DNA of 63,779 bases, the filler included, from Guillardia theta CCMP2712 (Eukaryota; Protista; Cryptophyta), in NCBI RefSeq assembly GCF_000315625.1. It is 7 parts of 7 records of this genome, joined end to end, with 100 filler letters (N's around TTAATTAATTAA, not from the genome) between each part and the next. Parts side by side here need not be neighbours in the genome. Positions count along the whole stretch, not along the records: positions 25,904 to 41,819 come from NW_005434657.1; positions 41,920 to 51,906 come from NW_005434609.1; 5 more parts are not named here. The stretch is one strand, 5' to 3'. The notes under the pieces are model-generated. The model had not been told where the DNA came from. It saw nothing but the letters and a program-made list of their open reading frames with translations, and did not search any database. The position numbers were made by a program, and so were the translations under genes. This document shows, piece after piece, positions 35,050 to 47,569 of this stretch. Numbering within the stretch: the stretch's first letter is position 1; every line of letters begins with the position of its first letter.

Positions 35050-36380
35050 GGATGCAGACTACGACCTCAAGGGACCTGACTCACTTCCTACAGTGGAGAG
35101 ATGGTATCTGCGATTGTTTTGGCCCTACGGGTTGCTCCTCCTTCTGTCTTGCGTGTTGGTACCCGTGCTGCACGCCATGCATCTTTGCGAAAATTGCCAG
35201 CCGTTTAGACTGGTGAGCTCATGACACGACGTTGCCAACCTCCGTGAATTGTTTGATAACAGGCAAGTCAATGCCCTCCGTTCGTTCGGGCAGACAACTT
35301 TCAAGCAATGGCTCAGAGCTCTTTCTGCGCTTGCAATCGTGTACATGATAGCATACTACAGCTACGAGCAGCTTTCGGCCATGGCAACAGCGCAGTTTCA
35401 CAAGGATATTTCGTACTATGGAAACTACTACAGTTACCAAGCATCTGGTCGTTGGTATCTGATATCATTTCGCATTCTGATTCTTTTCTGCAACAGAGTA
35501 TACATCCAGGCTGCTGACCTACACAGAGATCTTTGATATCATCACATTCGTTTGTTCTGCCGTCTTCGTAATTCTAGCCCTCGTTCTCAGAAAGATGGTA
35601 CCTCACCCTGTGCCTTATCAAGACCCTTACATGCTTGTCTTCTAGGTGAGAAGGCGATATTTGATTCCAACCACATGCGACGATGGTACCTATGGCGAGA
35701 ATTCGTGAGTGACGTGATGGTGGCGGAATGCATTTCTGATGAAGTCTGGCAGATTCTGCGGAGCTGTCGAAGACATTGCCGTCTCGTTCTTCTGCTGGAC
35801 TTGCTCTCTAGCACAGGTCATCCAGTCCGGACTCGCTCAGTGTGTTGCGCTCACGGTGAAAGTTCAGATGGCCAGGCACACTGACGCTGTCGGAACCGAC
35901 TGCGACCCCATGAGTGATCCCGGTCCCATCGACACGACTCACATCGTAAGTCGAGAGCGCGTGCTACCTGCTTGCATATGACCTTGTCTCTCTCTGACGA
36001 TGTTGTCGGCAGCCCACCGGCATCCCAGGGGTCCAGCCCATGAGCACGCAGCCTGTGTTTGTGAATGGGATGTACAACCCGAGCACGGGTCACTACCAAC
36101 TCCACGATGAGGTATGTGCTGTCGGTGGATTGGCGACGAGGGTAACGCTTCCTCGCACGTCAGCCGATCGTTCATGCTGATTTCAACCCGTCGAGCATCG
36201 AAGTGGGTCAGATTGTCACAAACCAGCACCATGTCGTAGCCAACGCATCCAGCGCAGGGCAGATGGTGAGGCCGCTTGAAGAGAGGTCGCACTGTGTTTG
36301 ACTTTGTGGTTGTTCAGGAGGCAAACGACAACGAGCTGCCAACAGCCGTGCTGGTGCAAGAGGCTCGACTGCAGAAATAA
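35050..36380 (+). CDS. PLAC8-family Cys-rich membrane protein (multi-exon)
   Basis: WRDGICDCFG...CLACWYPCCTPCIFAKIASRL; EDIAVSFFCWTCSLAQ/MARH; last exon ends ARLQK*. Confidence 0.72.
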
Positions 36381-36510
36381 GCTCCTGCCCTTGTCCAGAG
36401 GCGTTGGCCCAAGAGACTTGGGCGAGATTCGCATCTCGATAGGAGGCTTGTGATGTATTTTACTCTGAGGCAGCTTGGGCGTGAGGAGCCTTCGAGGCCG
36501 CATTTTTCGG

Positions 36511-37613
36511 TCATCCTGACTTTCGCAATACACAAAGGAAATCACGACTGTAGTAGATGTTGTTCCCGTCGACCTGGTAAGAGTCATCCACGCTGAATCA
36601 CGGTATCAAGATGTACCGAACTCTCTTTCACGATCTCCAATCCTGTCACAACGAGCAAGGATGAGAAGCAAGTGCAGTAGGCCGCCATCTCATAAGGTAC
36701 CTGCGTTCTTCACCAGCGTGCGAATGATGTCCGGCGAAGTGAAGCAAAACCCTTGAACCTGGATCGATCATCACTCAGCATCTCCCCCCGCAGCCACCGG
36801 GGCTCACGCTTGCTTCTTTCTGCTTGGCGAACCTCTTGAAACCTGGCTCGGTCGTGATGTTTGCCGTGTGGATCATCGCCCTTCCTTCGCTCTTCAGCGC
36901 TCGCCGGATCTCCTTGAGGTACTGGAAGATGGTGTGAGAGTCGCAGTGCCTGGGGAGAAGCATGCATCAGAAGCGCAGAGTCCTCCTCCCCTTCCTCACG
37001 GGAAGCAGTCGAAGGAATAGATGAAGTCGAACGTCTCAGTGCAATCCGCCGGCAGCTGAGCAGCCTCGAGGTAGTCAAAGGCTACCTTTCGCCCTGCTTC
37101 CAGCCCCAGCTCCTTGACCTTCTGCTTGGCCTTCCTCAGCATCTCCGAGCTAATGTCTGCACAGTGGAACTCGCCGCACGAAGGAATCACCCTGGACAAG
37201 GATGAGAGCAAGGACGAGACATCTCAGCCTCCCTCACTTCACAGCTACCCGCCCCCCTCCACATCCGATCTCCATAGCCTTGCAGCCTTGTAGGCAGTAG
37301 GGGAGGATGAACTCGTCGAGGACTTGCTGGAGGGAGTACCTGTCACTCCACTCGTCCCCAATGAACTCAAGATCCGCATCATTCCACTCCTCCCCAAGGT
37401 TGTCCGCCATCTTCCGCACCCACTCGCAGTCAGGCCTCCAGTCCTAGAGACGCAAGCACGACTCCGGTCACGAGCAGCGAGCGAGCAGCGGGAGGGGAGC
37501 AGAGGAGGAGGGAGTACCTTGGCATAGAGGTCCCACACCTTCCTGTTGGTCTCCACGTTCGACTCGCGGAAGGCGACGGAAGGAGCTAGAAGCTCGACTA
37601 GCTGGCGCGCCAT
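36511..37613 (-). CDS. Class I SAM-dependent methyltransferase (multi-exon)
   Basis: AMEIGCGGGRVA (motif I), CADISSEML, FDFIYSFDCFPH, EIRRALKSEG; ends SRDFLCVLRKSG*. Confidence 0.88.
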
Positions 37614-38115
37614 GGAGGGGATGGGGGTGAGCGATGAGTACCCGTAGTTGTTACCGTTTTCTTTGTAAGAGAAAGGGGGTAGGGGTAGGAGGCCTTCGGA
37701 AGAACATGGAGATGGAAGAAGGCAGGAGCTGGGAGGGTGTGGGAGGGGAGCGCAGGATGTAGAGGAGACGAAGAGATGAAGAGGAGATAAAGTGTAGGAG
37801 GCGAGAAGTCAAGGGGAAGGGTGAGGAGGAGGAGGAAGAGGAGGAGGAGGAGGAGTGGTCAGGGATCTTGAGGAGACCGAGGAAGGGACAGGAACAGATC
37901 GTGACGGAGGGGGGGAGGAGACCAGAACAGAGCGATTGGTAGGAGGGAGAGGTGAACAGTGAAGTTAGAAGTTGGTCAAGGATCTGTGCATAACGAGGCG
38001 GGGGCGAGTGACGTGAACTCGTTCCAGAAGGAGGCGCATATCTGAAGATGCTGCAGGTCAACGATCATGGGAATTTCACGCTAGTCACCCTCAAACCCCG
38101 TCAAGATTGTAAGCT

Positions 38116-41000
38116 ATGAGAGTCCTCAGCATCCTAGCCATCATTGCGCTGTGGTGGATCAGGGCTGGCGACTCCCTGGAAGGCGACCAGCCTGATACCC
38201 CTCACGGTGAGTCTGATGCCCCTTGCCGCACATGGCTGAAGGCCGTCTGTGACCCGCTGCTCCTGAATGCAGTCTCCGTCATCGTCATCGTGAGGAGGGA
38301 CGCGGGAAACCTGAGGCTGTGCCTGCGATCGCTCAGGGAGTCGTTGGGAGGAGCAAGGCAGTTCGAGTGGGATGTCACAATGGTAGAGACAGAAGGCAGG
38401 AACGGAGACTTTTCCCTCCACGAGTCCTTCGCGCGAGCCGCTCGGCTGCTCCCCCATGTGACGAGCATCGCCAACAACCAAACAGAGGGCATCAGCGTCG
38501 TAGAGGCCATGGAGCGAGGAGCGAGGGTAGCTCCGGCGCATGCCAGCTACTTACTGTTCATGGATGCTTCTGTGGAGATGCAGGAGGGAGTGGTGGAGAT
38601 CATGGTGGCGAAGTTGGAGGACGATCCTAGCATGGGGATCCTGGGCGTGAGGACTTTACAGCCGGACGGGAGGATAGTGCAGGAGGGAATCCGTGTGCAG
38701 TATGGACCGAGGAGGAGATGCCTGCAATCGCATACTCCGCAAGAGGACGCTGTCTACAGGAGGGGCAAAGTGGAGGATGAGGGAAAGGAGGGCTCCTCCG
38801 GGGGTGCGCTGCGCAGCAAGGTGCTCTGGGCGACCAACGAGTGGCAGGGGTACTATACGGACGAGGAGGAGGGAGGAAGGTTCGTTGAAGTTGATGCTGT
38901 GTCGGAGAGTTTGTTCATGGTCAGGAGGAACCTGTGGAGAGAGCTGGGAGGCATGAGGAAAGAGGAGCCGTCTTCTCTCGCCGTTGTTGACCTCTGCTTG
39001 CAAGCGACGGCCCTCCACCATCGGGTGGCCATGCTCAAATCACCGGCGCTGGTTGAGCTCGTGGGAGACGACGAGGATCGAGAGAAAGCAGCGTTCTCGT
39101 GCGCGCGGGACAGGAGAATCAGGGAGAGCCTCGGGGGAATCCCCTTCTCGGACGAGATGCAGTCGAGATGGGAGGCGAGGTTGGAAGGCAGGACGGAGCC
39201 GAGCCTGAAGGACATCCAGGTGCTGTGGAACATGGAGTGCGGGGAGGAACAGGTGCGAGGGCTGACGACGGAGGCTGTGAATCTGATCTCGGCGCTGAGG
39301 GACGAAGTGGAGATTGTTGTCCAGGTGTCGAACAAGAGGGAATGCGAGAAGGTCCTGCTAAGGAATTTCCCAGCCAGCATGGTAGGCGACATGGTCAGGG
39401 GGATGTACATGCCGATCAATCATGGCGGGAGGAAGGTACAGATCCTGCATCGAGACCCGGGGAGATACTCGCACTTCAAGTACGAGAGCTGGAGGGAGGG
39501 GGAGGGGAAGACCGTCATCGTGGGGAGGAGCATGTACGAGACGAGCAGCATCCCCAGCATGTGGGTGCGACCAGCTCTGTGCGAGGTCGACGAGATCTGG
39601 GTTCCCTCCTCCTTCAACGTCGAGACGTTCGAGTCGGCCGGGGTGCCAAGGAGCAAGTTGAGGGTGCTGAATGAGGCCACGGACACGGAGAGGCTGTTCC
39701 GTCCTCCTGCTCAGTCTCGTCCTCCTCCTGCCCACATCCTCCCTCCGTGCGAGGAGATGGGAGACGAGGTGTTCAAATTCCTCTCGGTGTTCAAGTGGGA
39801 GGAGAGGAAGGGATGGGACGCGCTGCTCTCGGCCTACTGGCTGGCGTTCGAGCGGGTGGACGACGTGTGCCTGTTCTTGCGGGTGAACATGGACGACAAG
39901 AACTTGAAGGAGTACGAGGCGCTGAGGGAGAAGCTCCGACGGCTGAAGTGCGAAGATCAGTTCTCCTCCTCCTCCTCCTCCTCCTCCTCCTCCTCCTCCT
40001 CCTCTCAGCACATGGAGGAGTGCAGGCTGGCTCCTGTCGTGATCGTCAACAAGACTTTCTCCTACAGCGAGCTTCCCTTCCTGTACCAGGCGGTCGACGC
40101 GTTCGTCCTGCCGTCAAGAGGAGAGGGCTGGGGGCTGCCCCTGCTCGAGGCCATGGCGACGGCTCTGCCGACTGTGGGGACGAACTGGAGCGGAAACACT
40201 GAGTTCATGAAGGAAGAAAACAGCTTCCTCCTCAACTACCAGCTGAGGAACGTCTCCTCCAGGAAGAAGTCCTCCTCCTCCTCCCCCCACCTCGCCTGGA
40301 GGGAGCAGGAGGAGGAGGAAGAGGCCAGGCACATGTGGGCGGAGCCATCGCTGGGCCACCTGGTAGAGATCCTGCAGCTGGTGCGAACAGACCCGGAGGA
40401 GCGAGGGAGGAGAGGGAGAGAGGGGAGGAGGCAGGTTGCGAGCAGGTTCTCCCATCGAGCCGTAGCGGCCCGTACGGTCAGCCTGCTGTCTGACATCAGC
40501 AGGAGGTGGGACGAGATCACCGGGGCTCCGAAGGACGAGACTTGCTCGAGGAAGGGGTCGCTGCTGTGGAGCACGAGGGCGGAGGAGGCGGATGCAGGGG
40601 ACGAGCTGGGGGAGTGGCGGTCAAACAGCAGGTCACCGCAAACTTTCTTGCTGGGAGGCAGCGACGTGGTGCGACCTTCGAAGTTTGCGGACGCGATCTC
40701 GTCAGAGCTCACGCATCAATCGGCCCAACTTTTCTCTCCGATGGTGAGGAAGGAGAAGAGGGGGAAAGCGGGGGAGGGAGAGGGAGGAAGAGAGAGGGGA
40801 CGAGGGAGGGAGAGAAGTGGAGGTGGGGGGAGGAGGGGAAGGGGTAACGGGGAGGGAGCGAGGGAGCGAGGGAGCGAGGGAGCGAGGGAGCGAGGGAGGG
40901 AGGGAGGGAAGGAGAGGAGATTGACTGAGTTTTCAAATAGGCTTATCAAGATGTTTTCACAAAAGAAAGTTACTTGTGAGATGACAAGACTTGACGATAC
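38116..41000 (+). CDS. Secretory-pathway bifunctional glycosyltransferase: GT2-like domain plus GT4 (Glycos_transf_1) domain
   Basis: Signal peptide; VSVIVIV..LRLCLRSL, YLLFMDA, EVDAVSESLFMVRR..W..LGG; then DEIWVPSSFN, FLSVFKWEERKGWD, DAFVLPSRGEGWGLPLLEAMA. The 3' end of the ORF probably runs into an intron. Confidence 0.85.
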
Positions 41001-41234
41001 ATGCTCTGCCTTCTACCTCCTCCCTCCTTTCCCCCCTCCTCCCCTCTTTCTATCCCCTTCCTCCTACTGTCTCCCCTCCCCTCTTCTACCCGCATCTCAC
41101 ATTCGTTTGCAATGAATTTGCTTTCTTGCTTTATTCTTGTACCCTTCTCTCACAATGGCCTTGTGTTCTCCTTCAACCACTCAAGAGCAATCTTATCCTC
41201 CTCCTGCATATCTCGTCACTCCTCCTCCTCCTCG

Positions 41235-41274
<40 letters not shown>

Positions 41275-41967
41275 TATCATCATCATCATCATCACCTTCT
41301 GGAGGAAAGGTGACACTGAATCCCAAACAGTTTTGTGGTAGCTGTTGAGATATTCCTTCTCCTGTAGCTCCCTCTCAGAGCGGCAGAGCAAGGAGACAAA
41401 AGTTACCTGGCTCGAGAGCATGTCCGCAACGATCAGCTTGCGTTGGAAGGGGATGAGAGTGAGAGGAACGAAGTGAAGGATGTCAACGTTGGAGCCAAGT
41501 TTGTGCTGCTTCTCAGTTAGGAGAGGAGAAAAGGAGGGCAGGGAGAGGGGGAGGAGGAAGGGGACGAGGAAGGGGACGAGGACGAGGACGAGGACGAGGA
41601 CGAAGAGGACGAAACATTGTGGACCTGGCCGTTCTTCTTCTCTACCAACATGATGTTTTCGAGTCGAATTCCGTAATTTCCCTCCTCTGTCTGAATGTGT
41701 CAAGAATCCGATACCAGCAAGGAAAGGAGGGGAGGAGGAGAGAAAGGAGGACAACCGGTCAACTGAGGAGAAGCAAATACTTGCTTCCTTCTTTCCAATC
41801 GACCTCTCACTTCCTCCTCNNNNNNNNNNNNNNNNNNNNNNNNNNNNNNNNNNNNNNNNNNNNTTAATTAATTAANNNNNNNNNNNNNNNNNNNNNNNNN
41901 NNNNNNNNNNNNNNNNNNNCTGCCCCTGCTCCTGCTCGCCCCCTTCCTCGTTCTCCATTTCCTCACC

Positions 41968-43559
41968 TTGGTCCTCAGCAAGTTTCCCGAGTGGGGATCA
42001 GCATGAAAGAAACCATCATCGAGCAGCTGCTTCAGGTTGCACTGGACCCCAATGTTGATCAGCTCCGCCCACTTTTTCCTCTCCTCCTCGGTCGCCGTCA
42101 CTTTTCTCCTCTCCTCCTGCGTCTCCGCCCATGGCGGCTTCGCCCCCTCAATCCACTCCATCACCATCACCCTCCTCGTGCAGAGCTCCTCCTCCACCTC
42201 CGGTACCACCAGCCCGCTGATCTCCCCATACAGCTCCTTGAATCTCCGCGCGTTCCTTGCTTCTTGCCGGTAGTCCACCTCCTCGAACAGACGCTCTGCA
42301 AACTCATCCAAGATTGCCGACAGGTCCGATCGCAGCTTCATGCTCCTCTTTGCCACCCCCGCCATCCCTCGTAAGATGTACATATCGATCGGCATCGTCT
42401 GCGTCAGCCCCGGCCGCTGCACTTTCACTGCTACATCCCTTCCTTCTCCTGCTGCTCCTGCTGCTCCTGCTGCTCCCCTGTGCAGCCTGGCCCTGTAGAC
42501 CTGCCCGAGGGAGGCGGACGCGACTGGCTCAGGCGAGAAGAACTCGAACAACTCCTCCACCGACCTCCCGCTCTCCTCCTCTATGATCGCCATCGCTTCC
42601 TCCGTAGCAAACGCACCGACGTTGTCCTGCAGCTGCTGCAGCTCCTCCATGTACTCCGCAGGCACCACGTCCGGCCTGTTGCTCAGCGCTTGCCCGATCT
42701 TGATGCTGGTAGGCCCAGCGTCTGCCAGCACCCTCCTCAGCTCTCTCGCCCGCTGCTTTCTCAGCTCCTTCCCCTTCCTGCTCATCAGCAAGTCCAGGGC
42801 CACGTTGAGGAGCCACTTGCCGACGGGAACACCGACCTCAAGCAGGCGAACGAGGACAGGGATGGGGTTGCGGTCGTAGTATGCTTTGATCTCCGATGGG
42901 GAGTAGGTGAGGAAATCCTTGGCGAACAGTCTTCCTCCTGATCTCGCCCTCCTCCTCCTCTCCTCTCCTCCTCTGACCTCCCCCCTCGCAGCCTCTTCAA
43001 TCCTCCCCTCCCTCACAACCATGGCGGGGAAAGGCATACCCCCTTCCGTCCCCTTCACCCTCTTCGCCTCCTCATCCAGGAAGCGCTCGAGACCTCCCTC
43101 CTTCAGAAAGACTTCAGAGATGTAGGGGGAGTCAGCCTTAGCTCGATCTTCCTCCTCCTTCTCCTCCTCCTTCTCCTTCTCCCCCATGACCATGTGGGTC
43201 CTGGCATCAAAAGTCCTGTCCTCGTACATCTCCTCAAGGAGCCAGGAGGGAATCTCAACCTCCGTCCAAGGCTTCCATGCTCGTTTCATCTGCGGCACGA
43301 GCTTCCCCTCAATCATAGCTCCCTCCTCTCCCTCCTCCCTCCCATCCACCAAGTGCACCCTGGGGTCTTGCAACGCTGAGAGCCTGCAACGTCCTCGACG
43401 AACCCTTGCTCCTCCCCGCGCCATGGCCACCCTCCTCTCCATGTGCCGCAGCTGCAGAGTTGGGGTTGAGGTGAACGATTGGGCAGTCGGCACGAGCGAC
43501 ATGGCGGCTAGAGCGATGCAAACAAGGGAAGATCTCCAGGGCATGGCAGCGGGAAACAT
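41968..43559 (-). CDS. ABC1/UbiB atypical kinase (ABC1K), probably plastid-targeted; 3' end in gap
   Basis: GPTSIKIGQALSNRPD, PVASASLGQVYRA, VAVKVQRP, EVDYRQEARN, VMEWIEG, GFFHADPHSGNLL; signal peptide followed by AQS-F. Confidence 0.92.
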
Positions 43560-45161
43560 GTGCCTTGACGACAGCTGTCTGTCCGTCTGTCCGTCTGTCC
43601 GTCTGTTACCAAGTCCTCTTGCTGACGANNNNNNNNNNNNNNNNNNNNNNNNNNNNNNNNNNNNNNNNNNNNNNNNNNNNNNNNNNNNNNNNNNNNNNNN
43701 NNNNNNNNNNNNNNNNNNNNNNNNNNNNCCTCTTCTCTCTCTCTCTTCCTCTTCCTCTTCCTCTTCCTCTTCCTCTTCCTCTTCCTCTTCCTCTTCCTCT
43801 TCCTCTTCCTCTTCCTCTTCCTCTTCCTCTTCCTCTTCCTCTTCCTCTTGTTCCTCTTGTTCCCTTGTTCCCTTGTTCCCTTATTCCCTTGTTTCAGACC
43901 ATTGGCCTCTTATAACCCGACTGCAAGACTTATCGACTACCCCACCCTCTATTAGAAGTACCCCCACGTGATGTACCCTACAGATTTCCTCGTGACCCAT
44001 TTTTCATGCCTATAAGTAGGGGTACTTAATGGTCAAACTTGACCCCCCTCCCCTAACATTAAACAAGTACCCCCGCATTCATGATGACATAAATCGTGGA
44101 TCACCGTCACTTTAGCCCTTGAATTAGAGGGTGGGGGTACAAGTCGAACACCTACCCCTGAAAGTACCCCTGAATTTGAGTCCAAAGGAGGGGTGAATTA
44201 ATGTGCTGCAAACTACCCCGTCCATACCATAAAATCCGCTAAGTTTGATCTATATATCAGGGGGTGGGGTAGTGGCCCCGACAACTTTCCCGCTTAGGAA
44301 GCCCTTCCATGGCGGAGAACGAAGGGGAGGGAAGGGAAGAGGAGGAAGGGAGAAGAGGAGCGGAAGAGAGGAAAAGAGCGGGAAAGAATGAAGAAGAGAG
44401 AGGAATGGCGAAAGAGATGAGGAGAGGGAGGAAGAGGGAAGACGAGGAAGGGAGGCAATGGAACAGGGAGGACAGTGGGTGAACGAGGATGGGTGATGGA
44501 AGCTGTGAGAGCAGGAGAGAGNNNNNNNNNNNNNNNNNNNNNNNNNNNNNNNNNNNNNNNNNNNNNNNNNNNNNNNNNNNNNNNNNNNNNNNNNNNNNNN
44601 NNNNNNNNNNNNNNNNNNNNNNNNNNNNNNNNNNNNNNNNNNNNNNNNNNNNNNNNNNNNNNNNNNNNNNNNNNNNNNNNNNNNNNNNNNNNNNNNNNNN
44701 NNNNNNNNNNNNNNNNNNNNNNNNNNNNNNNNNNNNNNNNNNNNNNNNNNNNNNNNNNNNNNNNNNNNNNNNNNNNNNNNNNNNNNNNNNNNNNNNNNNN
44801 NNNNNNNNNNNNNNNNNNNNNNNNNNNNNNNNNNNNNNNNNNNNNNNNNNNNNNNNNNNNNNNNNNNNNNNNNNNNNNNNNNNNNNNNNNNNNNNNNNNN
44901 NNNNNNNNNNNNNNNNNNNNNNNNNNNNNNNNNNNNNNNNNNNNNNNNNNNNNNNNNNNNNNNNNNNNNNNNNNNNNNNNNNNNNNNNNNNNNNNNNNNN
45001 NNNNNNNNNNNNNNNNNNNNNNNNNNNNNNNNNNNNNNNNNNNNNNNNNNNNNNNNNNNNNNNNNNNNNNNNNTATCTCTCACTGTCTTGCTGTCTTTGA
45101 AGATCTCTTCCTGCCTTCTCCTGCACTCTGCAAGCTTGTTGATGTTCTAACGCTCCCTCAG

Positions 45162-47515
45162 GTCGACGAGTCCAACCACATGATCATCGCTAACGCCACC
45201 ATCGACCTGCTCGCCTGCCTTGCCGTCCTGGAAAAGTGCCAGCGACCCAAGTCAAGGGAGGAGAAAGACTGGGGCGGGCTGCTCCATCAGACGCAAACAG
45301 AAACGGTGTGGGATGACGATGTTGCTATCTACACGCCAGATGGAACCAAGGTGAGGATGGAGGAGGGGTCATGCTAGGAGGTGTGGGGAAGGGACTGACA
45401 CGGGTGACTTCAGATCGGTGAGATGAAGGTAGTTGTTGACATGCACTTCAAGACAAGTCCGCAACGAACGTCCTTCGAAGTCAATGAGATGCTGGCGGAT
45501 ACAGATCCCACGCTCCCCATGTAAGGGTTTCATCCTTCTCCTTCTACTCTTCTGCAGCCAGTTCCTCATCCTCATCCTCATCCTCATCCTCATCCTCGTC
45601 ATCCTCCTCTTCCTCCTCTTCTTTCTCCTCCATGTTTTCCTCCTTCTTCGTCCCCCCCTTTACCTCCTTTATATCATCATCAAGACCACCACCATAATCA
45701 TTCCCACTCCTTCTTCTCCTAGCTTCTTCTCCGTCCTCCCTCCTCTCCATTCTCTTCCTCTTTCCTCTCCCTCTCCTCGATCCACCTCTTTTCTTGCTAC
45801 TCCACCTGACTCGCATGACAGCTACCCTCCCGGATCCTACCACAACGAGTTCTCAATCCACTCTTCACACGTGGAGCATCTGTCAACGGTGAGTACCCCA
45901 CGAGCTTCGAGCTGCTGGTCAGGTTTTGCGCTGACTGGCCGTCAGATCATGGAGGCATCCAAAGAATCTTTCCATCCCAACCACAAGTCGCTGAACTCTA
46001 CGTCATTGGAGGAGGAGGCAGGACCGGTCCAGACCTCCTCCTCCTCCTCCTTCTCCCCGGCAGCCACGGAAAGGTTCCATGGGGATCAAACAGCCTCCTC
46101 TGCTCGGCTAGGGAGGCTCAGCGGGTACAACGACGACACTGAGGTGTCTCTCAATAGGACGTATCCGTCCCACCGCCCAGCGCAGAGAGGAGCAGCGGAA
46201 GGAGCGGGAGCAGGAGTGGGAATGGGAACAGATGGAGGCAGAGAGGAAGGAAGAGTGAAGGGAACGGAAACGGAAGCAAAGATGGGAGAACAACATGGCG
46301 ACAGAGCAGGACGGGGAGGAGAAGGAGGAGCAGGAGGAGGGGGAAGAGGAAAGCAGCATTCTTCGATCATGGATGGGAGCAAGGATCTCCTACACGATGG
46401 CGATCAGGCCATGAACAATCTGATGCGACTGATAGAGGAAGACAATTGGAGCCCGTCGAAGGTGAAGGGGGAGCAAGGAAGAGGGAGGGCAAGCAAGGCG
46501 GGAGGAGGAGGAGGGAGAGAGGAGGGAGACTTCCATAACATCTCCAGCATCCTTGAAGTCTCGTCACAGGGCCAGCTGGACGACAGCTTGTCGTTCAGGC
46601 AGCAGGAGGAGCAGCTGAGCAAGAGCCAACGGTCGTTCGCTGGGCGAGAGGAAGGGAGGCAGGAGGACAGAGCACTCGACGACAGCGACGAAGACAACAA
46701 CAGCAGCAGCATCCGCAACAAGAACAACAGCAATAACAACACCATCAACAAGAGCAGAAGCAACAACAACAGCAGGAGCAACAGCAACAGGAGCAACATC
46801 AGCAATATCGACAACAACGACAACTCACAAACAACACATGGAGGCGAGGTGACAAGAGATGGAAGGCTGAGGGGAGGAGAAACAAACAGCTGCATGCGAT
46901 CGGTAGAGCTGCTGGAAAAGCTGCTCATGAAAGGGAAATCGCTGATCGGGGAGATGGATGAGCTAACTCAGAAACGTGGGACGAAAAACGATGAGCTAAT
47001 TCAGATACAATGCGCCACCAACGACAAGGAGCTTGTCCAAAAAGATGCCAAGGTGAATTTGAGATGAAATTTTAAAAAGAGATCTGACTTGCTCCTCCTC
47101 CTCCTCCTCCTCCTCCTCCTCCTCCTCCTCCTCCTCCTCCTTCTCTCATCCTCTTCCTCTCCCTCCTACTTCCCTGACTCTCCTTTCCTGCCTCTTCTCT
47201 TGTTTCGATATAACAGGATGAGGAAGATGAGATGAGCGAAGAAGATATTCTGCTGGCTGAAGACATGTGCTGCCTCGACCACGATTCCTCTTCTCCATCA
47301 CAACAAGTCCCTGGACACTTCCAAGACGAAAGAACGGAGGTGGAGGACGAGGCTAGAGAAAGCAATGTGAATGAGAAGGAGAAGGAGGAGCAGGAGGAGC
47401 AGGAGGAGATGTTTCATCTTGCTGCCAACATATCATTCCTTGCCGTTGGAGGAGGAAGAGGGATGCTTCGGCCGGGAGACGAGCTGTACATCGACTGCGT
47501 GCTGCACACCAAGGA

Positions 47516-47569
<54 letters not shown>

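Noticed and set aside
44250-45377. Long ORFs spanning N runs
   Set aside because: Artefacts of gaps that contain no stop codons.
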